NCBI GenBank assembly: GCA_043811535.1
Contig: JBDRNC010000025.1
Coordinates: 1 to 29,596, forward strand
DNA from: Elusimicrobiota bacterium
GTDB taxonomy: Bacteria; Elusimicrobiota; Endomicrobiia; Endomicrobiales; JBDRNC01
Direction: 5' to 3'
Length of the DNA stretch: 29,596 nucleotides
In this document: piece by piece, positions 1 through 10,255 of the stretch
Numbering within the stretch: the stretch's first letter is position 1
Layout: every line of letters starts with the position of its first letter
Made by a program: the position numbers and the translations under genes
The notes under the pieces: generated by a model
The model's input: only the letters and a program-made list of their open reading frames with translations
What the model was told of the DNA's origin: nothing
The model's database searches: none

Positions 1-557
1 ACGGCGCTCCGGTATCCAACTCCTGGCCGCTTTATTCCCTCAGAGGCGTTTATGACGGAAAGTATTACGATTACAGGAGCAGGGCGCTTGTCCCCATATA
101 TCCGTTTTTCGCCGCGATCCATGAACCCGCCAAAAAATATACGCACAGGATTTACGCGCTCGCGCGCTGGGGCGACTGCCTGTGGCGCGAATCAAACGTG
201 AAGATGGATTTTCTGCGGGAAGCTTTCGCGGAATATTCAGCGGGGCGCTTCGCGGCGGCCGAATCGCTTTACAAGCAGGTCATCCGGCTGTTCCCGGAAG
301 AACTTTCGGCGTTCACAAATCTCGGAGTGATGGAAAAAGAGAGGGGAAACCCGGAAAAGGCAAAACAATACTATTATGAAGCGCTGAAAATTGACCCGCG
401 ATACGCCGACGGCTACTACAACCTCTCGGTGATTTTCTGGGAGCAGAATAAATGGGACGAGGTCGTAAATAACCTGCGGAGAGTCCTTGAGATAAATCCG
501 GAAGACCCCAGGGCGAAGCACTATTTGCCATTGGCGGAAAGTAAAATGAAACAATAG
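1..557 (+). CDS. 3' part of a TPR-containing protein, probably a DUF2723/TMEM260-like glycosyltransferase (5' end outside the window)
   Basis: The frame of ORF 198..557 is open back to position 3 (GAPVSNSWPLYSLRGVYDGKYYDYRSRALVPIY...). Its C-terminal TPRs (YYNLSVIFWEQNKWDEVV...LEINP) closely parallel those of the two downstream paralogs. Confidence 0.75.
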   Translation, partial: GAPVSNSWPLYSLRGVYDGKYYDYRSRALVPIYPFFAAIHEPAKKYTHRIYALARWGDCLWRESNVKMDFLREAFAEYSAGRFAAAESLYKQVIRLFPEELSAFTNLGVMEKERGNPEKAKQYYYEALKIDPRYADGYYNLSVIFWEQNKWDEVVNNLRRVLEINPEDPRAKHYLPLAESKMKQ

Positions 558-562
558 AAGAT

Positions 563-699
563 AAATACTAAGCTCTAAACACTAAATACGAAATAAGCTC
601 AAAATACAAACGATAAAACATAAACACTGCAGTTATATTTGAAATTTGGATTTGTGATTTTAAATTTATTTAGTGTTTAGTATTTAGTTTTTAGTGTTT
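563..699. repeat. Family A palindromic element, copy A1 (4x AAA(T/C)ACT - core - 4x AGT(A/G)TTT)
   Basis: aaatact aagctct aaacact aaatacg | aaataagctcaaaat...aaacactgcagttatattt...tttgtgattttaaatttattt | agtgttt agtattt agttttt agtgttt; 137 bp. Confidence 0.9.
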
Positions 700-713
700 G
701 CGGTATAGAACAT

Positions 714-2720
714 ATGAAATATCTTTTAACTGCATCTATTTTCATCATCACTTTTAGCGCGTATTTATATACTACCGTCCCTTCTCTTACCGAAGACGAT
801 TCCGGCGAGCTCGCGGGCGTCGGCGCGACTCTGGGAATAGGACACTCTCCGGGATATCCTTTTTACAGCCTTGCGGGAAAAATAACCAACACGGTGATAC
901 CTCTGGGGAACCCCGTGTATAGAATAAATTTCATGAACGGCATGTTCATCTCGGCCGCCGCGTCAATAATATTCCTGGCGGTTGCGGCGCTGACCCTAAA
1001 TCCGGCCGCGGCATTCGTTTCCGCGCTTGTGTTCGGCTTTTCAAAGCCGGTATGGTCGATGGCCAACGTCACTGAAGTATACGGTATCGCCGCTTTTATA
1101 TCCTGCCTGCTCTGTCTTCTGATAGCCGTAAAACCGTCAATACCGCGCTTTATGCTCGCGGCGTTTCTTTTCGGGATAGGAATGACCGCGCATTACACAA
1201 TCGGGCTGTTTATTCTGGGTTTAATATGGTGGATGTACGTCTCCTATAAGCGGGAAAATAACCTCCGGCGCATGAAGTATGACCTGCCGAAAGCGCTTTT
1301 GTTCGGGCTCGCGGGATTTTCAATGGTTGTCTTCATATATATCAGGGCGCAGAACGACCCTGTCTTCGGCTGGGAAGATCCGAAAACGCTGAAAAGGTTC
1401 TGGCAGGTCATCGCGCGGCTTCGCTACGGCACCGCGGCGCTCGCCCAGGGAGGGCTCCCTCCATTTTCACCTGAAATCATTTTGAAAAAAATAGCGTTCT
1501 ATTTCAGCTCGCTGAACAGCAGCCTGACCGCGGCGGGAGTGATTCTTTTTATCATAGGGTTGGTATCGTTTGTCAAAGACAGGATACGCGGATGGGCCTA
1601 CCTGCTTCTTTTGCTCGCCAGCGGGCCGGGATTCCTTCTCATGGCGAATGTGGGGCTTGACAGGACATCCATGGAGCTCCTTGAACGCTTTTTCTTCCTT
1701 TCCCAGGCGATAGTCGCGATAATTCTCGGCGCCGGCCTTTCGAAGCTCCCCAGGAAGGTAATTCCCGCGGTTATGCTACTGCCGGCCTTCATTTTCTCCG
1801 CGAATCTGGGGCCGCTGAATCACAGGAATGAATTCATGTTTCGCGACTACGGCAGGAACATCCTGCGCACCGTGCCTACGGGCGCCGTATTATTCTCGGA
1901 CAGGGCCGATGAGATGGAATTCACGGTGGGTTATCTGATGTTCGTTGAAAAGCTGCGCCCGGACATCTTTTTCGTTGACTGCAACGCCGCCATAACGCGC
2001 AGCATATACGGAGACGATTATTACCGCGTCTGGGGGAAGCCCCGCCTCAGAATACGGACTATAGTAGAAGGAAATATCATCGCGTCCTCTGGCAGGCCCG
2101 TCTACTACGCCACATTTGAGCCCGGAATGATAGATATCCCGAGATACCAGGAAGGGCTAATTTACAGGGCTAAACCCGCGAAACCGGCCAGACCTCCGTT
2201 TCCCTGCGCGGAAATCTACGCAATTCGCTCCGCCGGCGGAATGAGCGCGCGCTCGGAATCGCTTCTCATGTCGCACTATTTCCTGCTGGGCAAGTACTGC
2301 CTCGCGACAGGTAATCCTGATACCGGGGAACGTTTTTTTGCGGGCATAGAAGCCTACGACACGGGAGGAAGATGGTCTTCAAATATAGGCTTTCAGTTCC
2401 ACGAGGCCGGCTACATAGATCACGCCGTGAAACAGTATGAAAGAAGCGCCGCAAAGGGCCTCGCCGATTCTAATGTTTACACTAACCTCGGCGTCATATA
2501 CAAGAACAGGGGGGGCAAAGAGGCCTCGCTGAAAATGTACGGGAAAGCGCTTGAGCTTGACCCGGATAATTACCAGGCCCATTTCAACCTTTCCGTGCTT
2601 TACTGGGAAGAGGGCCGGTGGGACAAAGTCGTGTCTGAGCTTGAAGAGGCGCTGAGAATAAAACCGGACAGCCGCGAAGCGGCGAATTATCTCAACATGG
2701 CAAGACAGAGGATAAAGTAA
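714..2720 (+). CDS. DUF2723/TMEM260-like GT-C membrane glycosyltransferase with C-terminal TPRs
   Basis: N-terminal DSGEL...LGIGHSPGYPFY motif, EVY motif, many TM helices and C-terminal TPR repeats. Confidence 0.85.
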   Translation: MKYLLTASIFIITFSAYLYTTVPSLTEDDSGELAGVGATLGIGHSPGYPFYSLAGKITNTVIPLGNPVYRINFMNGMFISAAASIIFLAVAALTLNPAAAFVSALVFGFSKPVWSMANVTEVYGIAAFISCLLCLLIAVKPSIPRFMLAAFLFGIGMTAHYTIGLFILGLIWWMYVSYKRENNLRRMKYDLPKALLFGLAGFSMVVFIYIRAQNDPVFGWEDPKTLKRFWQVIARLRYGTAALAQGGLPPFSPEIILKKIAFYFSSLNSSLTAAGVILFIIGLVSFVKDRIRGWAYLLLLLASGPGFLLMANVGLDRTSMELLERFFFLSQAIVAIILGAGLSKLPRKVIPAVMLLPAFIFSANLGPLNHRNEFMFRDYGRNILRTVPTGAVLFSDRADEMEFTVGYLMFVEKLRPDIFFVDCNAAITRSIYGDDYYRVWGKPRLRIRTIVEGNIIASSGRPVYYATFEPGMIDIPRYQEGLIYRAKPAKPARPPFPCAEIYAIRSAGGMSARSESLLMSHYFLLGKYCLATGNPDTGERFFAGIEAYDTGGRWSSNIGFQFHEAGYIDHAVKQYERSAAKGLADSNVYTNLGVIYKNRGGKEASLKMYGKALELDPDNYQAHFNLSVLYWEEGRWDKVVSELEEALRIKPDSREAANYLNMARQRIK

Positions 2721-2724
2721 AGCA

Positions 2725-2945
2725 ATGGCTCAATGGCCAAAAATCAACTGCATGGCTAAATTGCTAAACGGCTAATACTGCCAATGGCTAAATGGTCAAA
2801 TAGCTCAATGGCTTGAGACTTTAGCAATTAAGCCATATAGCAATTTAACAATTGTCTTTATAACCATTTAACAATTTAGCAATTAAACCATTGTCGTTAT
2901 TAGCAGTTTAGCCATTTGGCCATTCAGCCATTGGCATTTAACAAT
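2725..2945. repeat. Family B palindromic element, copy B1 (ATGGCTAA / TTAGCCAT octamers)
   Basis: Left arm in blocks of 2, 3 and 4 octamers; centre AGACT (2816-2820); right arm in blocks of 4, 4, 4 and 1, separated by 6-8 bp unique spacers (tgtcttt, tgtcgtta, tggcat). Confidence 0.9.
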
Positions 2946-2947
2946 AT

Positions 2948-5092
2948 ATGTTAGTATTTTTTATTACTTTCATCGTCTATATTTACACGCTATTTCCGTC
3001 GTGCGCGCCGTACCGCGACACGGGAGAGATGGTCACGGCGGCCCACCTGCTCGGTGTGGCGCACCCGCCGGGATACCCGTTTTACGTGTTATTGTCCAAG
3101 ATATCCCTTCTGCTGCTGTCTTTCGGCAACGAGGCATACAGGCTCAATGTCCTTTCGGCGCTTGCCGGAGCGTTCACCGCGTATTTTCTGTACCGCGTTT
3201 TCCTGATACTTAAAGACGACAAATTCCTCGCCGGCTCCGCGTCCCTTCTTTTCTCGTTTTCATACCTGCAGTGGTATCTTTCTCTTGTCTCAGAGATGTA
3301 CACGCTTAACACTCTGTTCGCGGCGGCGATAATATATCTCGCGTTCAGGCTTGACGCCGGAATCGCGTCCGGCAAAAGGATGAACACTAAACTATTTTAC
3401 CTGATATTCCTGCTGTTCGGCCTCGGACTTGGCAACAGGATGGACCTGCTGATGCTCGGCGCCGGGCTGCTGTGGCTGTTGTATTCCAGCAGTAGGCATC
3501 TCAGTTTTAATTCCTTCGTTTCCGCGATGTTATTTTTCGCGGCGGGATTCACGATATTCGCGTACCTGCCGATAAGGTCCTCCGTCTCTCCGTTCCTGGA
3601 CTGGAACCACCCTGCCTCGCTTGACAGGCTGTGGGGGAGCCTCACGCGCAAGACGCACGGAGGAACGCTTGACCTCATCTCGACCGGATACGCTTCGGGC
3701 GAGAATTTTCCGGTCACAATCGCGTTCTACTTTAATCACCTGTTCCGCGGTTTCGCCTACATAGGGATTCCCGCGGGACTGCTGGGCCTGTACTCGCTGT
3801 GGAAGAGGAACAGGAACATAGCCGTGGCTACTTTGCTGGGCTGGCTGCTGGCCGGACCTGTCTTTATCTATATGGCGAACATGCCTCCCAACACGCACGC
3901 GCTCGTAATCCTTGAAGCCCACTTTCTTTTTCCGAACCTGATATTTTTTATCTGGATATATGAAGGATTCGCGTTCTTTTCGGCGCGCAGGCGCGTCGCC
4001 GCGGGCGTTTTATGCGCCGCGTTCGCTGTTTTCAACCTGGTCCAGCATTATCCCGAACTGAATAAGCGGCTCAACTTCGTCGCCTACGATTACGCGAAAA
4101 ACGTTCTCAGGTCGCTGCCTCCCGGTTCCGCCGTTGTCATGAAAAAGGACGTGCAGCTGTTTTCCCTTTGGAACAGGCAGTACGTAGAAAACGACAGGCC
4201 CGACGCCGCCGTAGTACCGCAGGGCCTTTCGGGCTCGGAATGGTTCCGCGTCCCTTTTGATAAAATCCATCCCGGCGTGATGACGGGGCGTCTCAGCGAC
4301 CCGGAGGCATGGAAATTATTCGCGGAATCCAATTCGCGGAGGAACGTGTATTTCACGGGAGACGCGGAATACAGCAAGCCGCAAGGATACAGCGAAGAAC
4401 CGGTCGGGCTGGTAAATCTAATAACAACAGGGGCCAGGGTCCAGAGTCCAGGGTCCAGGAACGACACTACCGGAACAATACTTCTGGATCACATATATCC
4501 CTACAGGGGAAAATTCCTTTACACCGCGTACAGGGAGTTCTTCACGCCCGACCTGATAGAAGATTACGCGAAGGCGTATATGTGGACGGGAATATCATTC
4601 TTCAGGTCTAAACAGTACGATAATGCCAGAAAATACCTGCGCAAAGCCGTAATGTTCAAGCCGCTGCTGCCGCAGGCATGGAACTACATCGCTTTTACGT
4701 ATTTTGAAGAGGGAAACAACGCTCTCGCCCGGACGGCGTACGCGGAAACCGCCGCGCAGTATGAGGCGCTACTTGAGCTCGGGCGGCGTTTCAACACTCC
4801 GCGCGACATGATGGACAGTTTCAGCAAGGAGTATTCCGACGCGCTTGTCTCGCACGGCGTCGCCTGCAACAACATCGGCGACGAAAACTCCGCTTTCGCT
4901 TCATACGGACGGGCAATCGAGGCATACCCCAACAATTCCAGGGCTTACTACAACCGTTCCGTGCTGCACTGGAAACGCGGGGAATGGAGCAGGGTTGTGT
5001 CCGACCTGGAAAATACCGTGCGCCTGGAACCGGGTTTCACGGAAGCGGCTATGTATCTTGAGAGGGCAAAAGTGAATGCTTTCAAACACTAA
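2948..5092 (+). CDS. DUF2723/TMEM260-like GT-C membrane glycosyltransferase with C-terminal TPRs
   Basis: DTGEM...LGVAHPPGYPFY motif, SEMYTLN, YLPIRS...DWNHP, TM helices and C-terminal TPRs. Confidence 0.85.
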   Translation: MLVFFITFIVYIYTLFPSCAPYRDTGEMVTAAHLLGVAHPPGYPFYVLLSKISLLLLSFGNEAYRLNVLSALAGAFTAYFLYRVFLILKDDKFLAGSASLLFSFSYLQWYLSLVSEMYTLNTLFAAAIIYLAFRLDAGIASGKRMNTKLFYLIFLLFGLGLGNRMDLLMLGAGLLWLLYSSSRHLSFNSFVSAMLFFAAGFTIFAYLPIRSSVSPFLDWNHPASLDRLWGSLTRKTHGGTLDLISTGYASGENFPVTIAFYFNHLFRGFAYIGIPAGLLGLYSLWKRNRNIAVATLLGWLLAGPVFIYMANMPPNTHALVILEAHFLFPNLIFFIWIYEGFAFFSARRRVAAGVLCAAFAVFNLVQHYPELNKRLNFVAYDYAKNVLRSLPPGSAVVMKKDVQLFSLWNRQYVENDRPDAAVVPQGLSGSEWFRVPFDKIHPGVMTGRLSDPEAWKLFAESNSRRNVYFTGDAEYSKPQGYSEEPVGLVNLITTGARVQSPGSRNDTTGTILLDHIYPYRGKFLYTAYREFFTPDLIEDYAKAYMWTGISFFRSKQYDNARKYLRKAVMFKPLLPQAWNYIAFTYFEEGNNALARTAYAETAAQYEALLELGRRFNTPRDMMDSFSKEYSDALVSHGVACNNIGDENSAFASYGRAIEAYPNNSRAYYNRSVLHWKRGEWSRVVSDLENTVRLEPGFTEAAMYLERAKVNAFKH
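4429..4456. repeat. Four tandem heptamers AGGGTCC inside a CDS
   Basis: aggggcc agggtcc agagtcc agggtcc (agg), translated as part of TTGARVQSPGSRND. Confidence 0.7.
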
Positions 5093-5222
5093 ACTCTAAA
5101 AACAAAACACTAAATAAGCTCAAAATTACAAATTCAAATATCAGATAAAATGCAGTTAATTTATATTTAAGTATTTTGTGTTTTAAATTTATTTAGTATT
5201 TAGAGTTTAGTATTTAGTATTT
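5084..5222. repeat. Family A palindromic element, copy A2
   Basis: aaacact aaactct aaaaaca aaacact | aaataagctcaaaat...tgcagtta...tttgtgttttaaatttattt | agtattt agagttt agtattt agtattt; 139 bp. It contains the TAA stop (5090-5092) of the upstream gene. Confidence 0.9.
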
Positions 5223-5225
5223 GAT

Positions 5226-6911
5226 ATGAAAAACAAGACGATATACGGCATAATTATTGCTGCATTGTTTCTAATCCACGCGCTGCTTGGCGTGAGCGCG
5301 ATTAAGGCGTTGTCGCCGACATATGACGAACACATCCATCTCGTAGCCGGTTATTCCTATTTCAAAACCACCGATTACATAATGAACGGCTACGGCCACC
5401 CGCCTCTGGCAGAGATGTGGTCGGCCGCGCCTTTGCTCTTCATGAATCCGTCTTTTCCTACAACACACCCTTTCTGGGCCGATATTCTCGCCTACCAGTA
5501 TCCTTTCGCGGACCTTTTCATGTACCACAACAGGGTGGACGCGGAAAAAATGCTCCGCGCGGGCAGGTTCATGATAATGCTGATGTCGCTGGGCCTCGGT
5601 TTCCTTATATTCAGATGGTCAAGGGAACTCTTCGGCGATATTCCGGCCATGACCGCTGTTTTTCTCTGGAGTTTTTCTTCGCTGTTCATCGCCCACGGAA
5701 CGCTGGTGACCACCGACATGGTGATAACGCTTTTCTATTTCGCTTTTTTCTATTCACTGTGGAAGTGGTGGCGGGCGGTAAAGGACGGCAAGCCGGCCCC
5801 GCTTGGCCTCAAATTATTCGTCGGCGTCAACTGGGGGCTGCTGATGGTTTCAAAGTTCTCGGCAGTGGCGGTCTTTCCGGCGGCCGGGCTGATAATCCTC
5901 TGGATACTGCGCCGCGAAAAAACAGGTCTTAAAAGAGTCCTCGTTGACACCTTCATGGCCGCGGCCGCGGCGGTGCTGACGATGATGATTGTTTACCAGT
6001 TCGTGCCGCTGTCGGAGTACTATGTCACGGGCCTGAAGAAAATGATGAGCGGCATCCTGTACGGCCGTTCCACCTTCCTGATGGGGAAATATTCAACTAC
6101 CGGATGGTTCTACTACTTCCCGGCCGTGTTTCTTCTGAAAACGCCGCTGCCGTTTCTGGCGCTGCTGCTCGCGGCGTTCTTCCGGAAACATATCCTGAAA
6201 AAAGAGATCATCCTTTTCGTCCTGATACCGGCTTTCGTGTATTTCGGGATGTCCTGCTTCTCCAAGGTGCAGATCGGCTACAGGCACATAATGCCGGCCT
6301 TCCCGTTCCTGACACTGTTTATTTCCGGACTGTTCGTTGATTTCAATTTCAGGAAACCTGCGGCAGTGATACTGTCTTCCGCGCTGCTGTTCTGGTACTC
6401 TTTTGGGACTTTCAAAACCCATCCTTGGCATATCAGCTATTTTAACGAAACCATAGGGAATCCCGACCGAGGTTATCTTTACCTGACCGATTCAAACCTT
6501 GACTGGGGCCAGGGCGTGAAAGAACTCGCCAAATACCTCAGGAACAGGAACGTATCCGGCGTATACCTGTGCTATTTCGGCGCGTCCGACCCGCATTACT
6601 ACGGGATAAAATATTTCCCGATAGGTTTCATAGACACGATAAGCGACGGTACGTCCACGCCGCTTGCCAGGGGCTTGAGGCCCGGCGACAGGATAGATTT
6701 TACAAAAGAGCCGGCGGCGCTGTTTGTTATATCCGCCACCAACCTGCAGGCGACGTACTACGCGCAAAAGGATATTTTCTCGTTTTTAAAGGAAATAAAG
6801 CCCGAAAAGATAATCGCGCATTCGATTTTTGTATACAACCTTTCCGAGAATCCCGAACAGTACCGGAAACTGAAAGAATTCCTGAAGAAAATGGGATTTG
6901 ATGAAAAATAA
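5226..6911 (+). CDS. ArnT/PMT-like (GT-C) membrane glycosyltransferase
   Basis: PTYDEHIH N-terminal acidic motif, HPPL, AHGTLVTTD, SKFS, QIGYRH and DSNLDWGQ motifs, with about 12 TM segments. Confidence 0.8.
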   Translation: MKNKTIYGIIIAALFLIHALLGVSAIKALSPTYDEHIHLVAGYSYFKTTDYIMNGYGHPPLAEMWSAAPLLFMNPSFPTTHPFWADILAYQYPFADLFMYHNRVDAEKMLRAGRFMIMLMSLGLGFLIFRWSRELFGDIPAMTAVFLWSFSSLFIAHGTLVTTDMVITLFYFAFFYSLWKWWRAVKDGKPAPLGLKLFVGVNWGLLMVSKFSAVAVFPAAGLIILWILRREKTGLKRVLVDTFMAAAAAVLTMMIVYQFVPLSEYYVTGLKKMMSGILYGRSTFLMGKYSTTGWFYYFPAVFLLKTPLPFLALLLAAFFRKHILKKEIILFVLIPAFVYFGMSCFSKVQIGYRHIMPAFPFLTLFISGLFVDFNFRKPAAVILSSALLFWYSFGTFKTHPWHISYFNETIGNPDRGYLYLTDSNLDWGQGVKELAKYLRNRNVSGVYLCYFGASDPHYYGIKYFPIGFIDTISDGTSTPLARGLRPGDRIDFTKEPAALFVISATNLQATYYAQKDIFSFLKEIKPEKIIAHSIFVYNLSENPEQYRKLKEFLKKMGFDEK

Positions 6912-6980
6912 CAACATGTGCAATGTTTGATGTTTTATGAATTATTCTTTTTCATTACACATCATACATAACGCATTACA
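6912..6980. repeat. Family D palindromic element, copy D1 (TGTAATG / CATTACA heptamers)
   Basis: caacatg tgcaatg tttgatg ttttatg aa-core-tt cattaca catcata cataacg cattaca; the left arm is degenerate. Confidence 0.7.
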
Positions 6981-6991
6981 CAAACAGCATT

Positions 6992-9900
6992 ATGCGCAAA
7001 ATACAAACCTTTGTTAAGCAAACCCGTATATATTTTCTGACAGCTGTTTTTATCAGGTACGCGCTCATCTGGCTGTCTTTCGCGCTTTTCACTTTCGCGT
7101 TTCTGGCGGTCCTCCGGCTTTTCGGCGTTCCCTCGCACGGCTTGAAACAATTCTTCCACGCTTCCATCGCGGTTTCGACCGCCGCCGGCGTTTTTCTGTA
7201 CATTTTCGCGAACCTGAAGCATTTCGGGGCCGCGGGCATCATCCTGTATATCCAGCAGCGTATCCCGGAACTCGGAGACTCGCTTCTCACTTCCTGGCAG
7301 TTGAATTATAACACGCCGCCGGGGACCTCGCGCGAACTCGCGGAAGAGCAGATAAACTCCACGTCGCGCAGGTTATCCGCTCTTTCGCCGGCCGGCATAA
7401 TACCGTTCGAAAAAATGCTTTTTACTCCGGGGATATTTCTGTCGGCCGCGCTCGCGCTGAACCTCCTCGCGTACGCGGTCAACCCGTCCAAAGTATCGGA
7501 TTTCATGAAAAACACTCTATCGTCATCAGGTACGGGCGCGTGGGCGCTGAGTTTCAGCGTTTCTCCCGGCAGCGCGATAATCCCGTGGGGAAATCCGGTT
7601 AACATTGAGGCTGCGGGGAAACTGCCGCTGAACGGCGAGCCCGAGCTCCGGATAAAGAAGGATAAATGGGAAAAACTCGCTTTCACGCGCAAGGACGAGG
7701 GGACATTCTCGTTTATGATCAGCCGGCTGACCGAAAAACTCGAGTACTGCGTGTTGTGGGACGAATTAAGAACGGAAAACTTCACCCTGACGCCGGAAGC
7801 GCCTCCGCAGCTGGGAAACTATGAAATAAAATATACATATCCGGAATATACCGGGATGCCCGTTCACACCGTTAAGGGAAATCCGAACGTCTCGGCCCCG
7901 GCCGGGAGCTCCGTTGATATCAAAGCGGTTTCAAACAAGGAACTGAGCAAGGCCGCGCTCGCGTCAAGCTGGAAAACAGTTTATCCCGCGGCGGTAAAAA
8001 ACAACAAGGTTTCCGCAAGTTTCAGGCTCAGGCAGTCAGGCACGTATAAATTCCTCATAGAGGACCTCAACGGCGTTTCGGATTCCGACCCCCCTGAATA
8101 CGCGGTCTTCATAACGCCCGACAGGGCACCTGAAATAGAATTGCTCACGCCCTCGCAGGACCTTATAGTCTCGCCGGACGACGAAATACCGCTTGTGATC
8201 CAGGCCACCGACGATTTCGGGCTGACACAGACGGACCTTGTCTGTAAGATCGGCGGACGCGAGCAGGAAAGAGTGACGATAGACCGGCCTCCGAAGAATA
8301 CCTACTCAAAAACTTTCGAGTTCCGCTGGAAGCTCAAGGATTTCGATGTCCGGGCCGGCGACAAGATAATCTATCACCTTGAAGCGTGGGACAACGATAC
8401 GGTAAACGGCCCGAAATTTTCGGCCACGGACCCGCTTTCCATAGAAACGACGGATTACGAGATTGAGCATAAGAAAATCGAAAAGGACCTTGAATCGTTC
8501 CGGAAAGAGCTCCTCCGGATACTTGCCGACCAGACAGCCGCGAAAGAGCGTCTCGCGCCCGTATCGCTGCAGTTCACTTCAACGGGATACGCCCTGCTCG
8601 CGGAAGGCCAGAAAAAGGTGAAAAACGGATTCAAGTCCCCGCTTGCGTCGCTTTCAGGAATAATAGAAAGAATGGAAGCCGATCCCTACACCGATTATTC
8701 CACTTTCAGCGAGTACAAGGGAATGCTGGAACACGTTGATTATCTTGACAAGAAGCCCGCCGTGCGCGCTCTTGAAGCCATAGGAAATAAAAACTGGGAT
8801 GATACGGAAAAACAGCAGAACGAAATCATAGCCGTTCTGGAAAAACTAACGCTGCTGTCCGAAGATATCTGGCAGTACCAGAAAATGAGGGATCTATTTG
8901 ATTCCGGTTCCGAACTTGAGAAAAACTCTTCTGAACTCCTGGACATGATAAAGAACCGCAAGGCCCAGCCCGAAGAACTCAAGAGATCGCTGGAAAAAAT
9001 AAACGAGCTGCTTGAAAAGATAAGCAGGCAGCTTTCCGACATGCCCCATGAACTTCCGGAGGACTTCATTAACTCACCCGCCGTCAAACAACTGGACCTT
9101 AATAAGGCAAAATCGCTCGCCGAACGCCTGCGCGACGCAATAGACAAAGGCGATTACGAACTGGCGCAGGAACTTGCCGCCCAGATGCAGGAGCAACTGC
9201 AGGAAATGCTGGCTACCATGCAGAAAGCCGGAGAAAGCGTAGGTTTTTCGAAAAACTCGTCGCAAATACTTGAACAGAAACTTCTGGAACAGAAAATTGA
9301 ACTTGACAGAATAATCAAAAATCAGGAAAAGATACTCGGCGAGACCGAGAAACTGGACGAAAAAAGAAGAGAAGCGCTTTTCAAAAAACAGGAAAACCTC
9401 CTGGGCCAGCTTGCTGAAAAGCAAAAGGGCCTCATACGCGAAAAGGAACGGGTGCGGTCGCAGGCGTCCGCCCGGATACCTCATTTTGACCCGCTGACCC
9501 AGCAGACGAACAAGCTCATGAACATGGTGCTTGAAGAGTTCGAGAAAAAACGCGTGTACTATTCGCAGAAATACCTTGAAGACATCATAAAGGACATGGA
9601 AACCGAGAAAGGGCTCTTGTCCGGCAACCCGCAGGCCTTGGGCCAGGAACTCTCGGCCCATCTGGCGGAAAAGACACGCGAAGTCAGCGAGGGGGAAAAG
9701 GAAATACTTTCGCAGCTGAAACAAAAACTCTCGGAAAACATGTTCAGCCAGGGTGAAGAGAATAAAATGAGAGCCCTCGGCAAGGAACAGAACGACCTGT
9801 CCGATGCCACGCTTAATTTCAGGAAATCGCTGGAAGAGTTCGCGCGGGAAAGCACAGCCGTCCCGCCCGAAGCGTTTGAGAGCCTGGACGGCGCCGCCGG

Positions 9901-10252
9901 CGACATGAAAGACGCTTCCGCGCAGTTAAATTCAAAAGACACGCCTTCCGCGCTGGAATCCGGCAGAGAAGCCCTTGAAAAACTGCAGTCGGGTTTCGGC
10001 CAGCTTCAGGCGGCAAGCGAGCAGATGGAAGGGGAGGCCGGCAATTCAGGGAAACCCGTTTCCGGCTCCATTCAGGTCCGCTCTGCGGGAGGAATGAAGG
10101 GAGTGCGCGCGATGCCCGTCAAGCTCCCGGGAATAGAAGAATACAGGCCGCCCAAGGAATTCCGCCAGGACATACTTGACGCTCTGCGCGAAAAGTACCC
10201 GAAGGAATTTGATAAAATCATCAAAGATTATTATAAACGGCTTACTGAATGA
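6992..10252 (+). CDS. DUF4175-like membrane-anchored protein with Ig-like middle region and long coiled-coil C-terminus
   Basis: N-terminal TMs, 'YPEYTG', 'PDRAPEI...ATDDFGL', 'EAWDNDTVNGPK', a Q/E/K-rich coiled coil, and a C-terminal 'P.E...I.DYYKRL'. Confidence 0.7.
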   Translation: MRKIQTFVKQTRIYFLTAVFIRYALIWLSFALFTFAFLAVLRLFGVPSHGLKQFFHASIAVSTAAGVFLYIFANLKHFGAAGIILYIQQRIPELGDSLLTSWQLNYNTPPGTSRELAEEQINSTSRRLSALSPAGIIPFEKMLFTPGIFLSAALALNLLAYAVNPSKVSDFMKNTLSSSGTGAWALSFSVSPGSAIIPWGNPVNIEAAGKLPLNGEPELRIKKDKWEKLAFTRKDEGTFSFMISRLTEKLEYCVLWDELRTENFTLTPEAPPQLGNYEIKYTYPEYTGMPVHTVKGNPNVSAPAGSSVDIKAVSNKELSKAALASSWKTVYPAAVKNNKVSASFRLRQSGTYKFLIEDLNGVSDSDPPEYAVFITPDRAPEIELLTPSQDLIVSPDDEIPLVIQATDDFGLTQTDLVCKIGGREQERVTIDRPPKNTYSKTFEFRWKLKDFDVRAGDKIIYHLEAWDNDTVNGPKFSATDPLSIETTDYEIEHKKIEKDLESFRKELLRILADQTAAKERLAPVSLQFTSTGYALLAEGQKKVKNGFKSPLASLSGIIERMEADPYTDYSTFSEYKGMLEHVDYLDKKPAVRALEAIGNKNWDDTEKQQNEIIAVLEKLTLLSEDIWQYQKMRDLFDSGSELEKNSSELLDMIKNRKAQPEELKRSLEKINELLEKISRQLSDMPHELPEDFINSPAVKQLDLNKAKSLAERLRDAIDKGDYELAQELAAQMQEQLQEMLATMQKAGESVGFSKNSSQILEQKLLEQKIELDRIIKNQEKILGETEKLDEKRREALFKKQENLLGQLAEKQKGLIREKERVRSQASARIPHFDPLTQQTNKLMNMVLEEFEKKRVYYSQKYLEDIIKDMETEKGLLSGNPQALGQELSAHLAEKTREVSEGEKEILSQLKQKLSENMFSQGEENKMRALGKEQNDLSDATLNFRKSLEEFARESTAVPPEAFESLDGAAGDMKDASAQLNSKDTPSALESGREALEKLQSGFGQLQAASEQMEGEAGNSGKPVSGSIQVRSAGGMKGVRAMPVKLPGIEEYRPPKEFRQDILDALREKYPKEFDKIIKDYYKRLTE

Positions 10253-10255
10253 CGG

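Noticed and set aside
198..557. Stand-alone 119-aa TPR protein
   Set aside because: The frame is open to the window edge, so this is the tail of a longer gene.
563..699. Palindromic elements as ordinary Rho-independent terminators
   Set aside because: The stems are long, AT-rich and mismatched, occur in either orientation between co-directional genes, and some are single or non-complementary arms. A secondary effect on transcription is not excluded.
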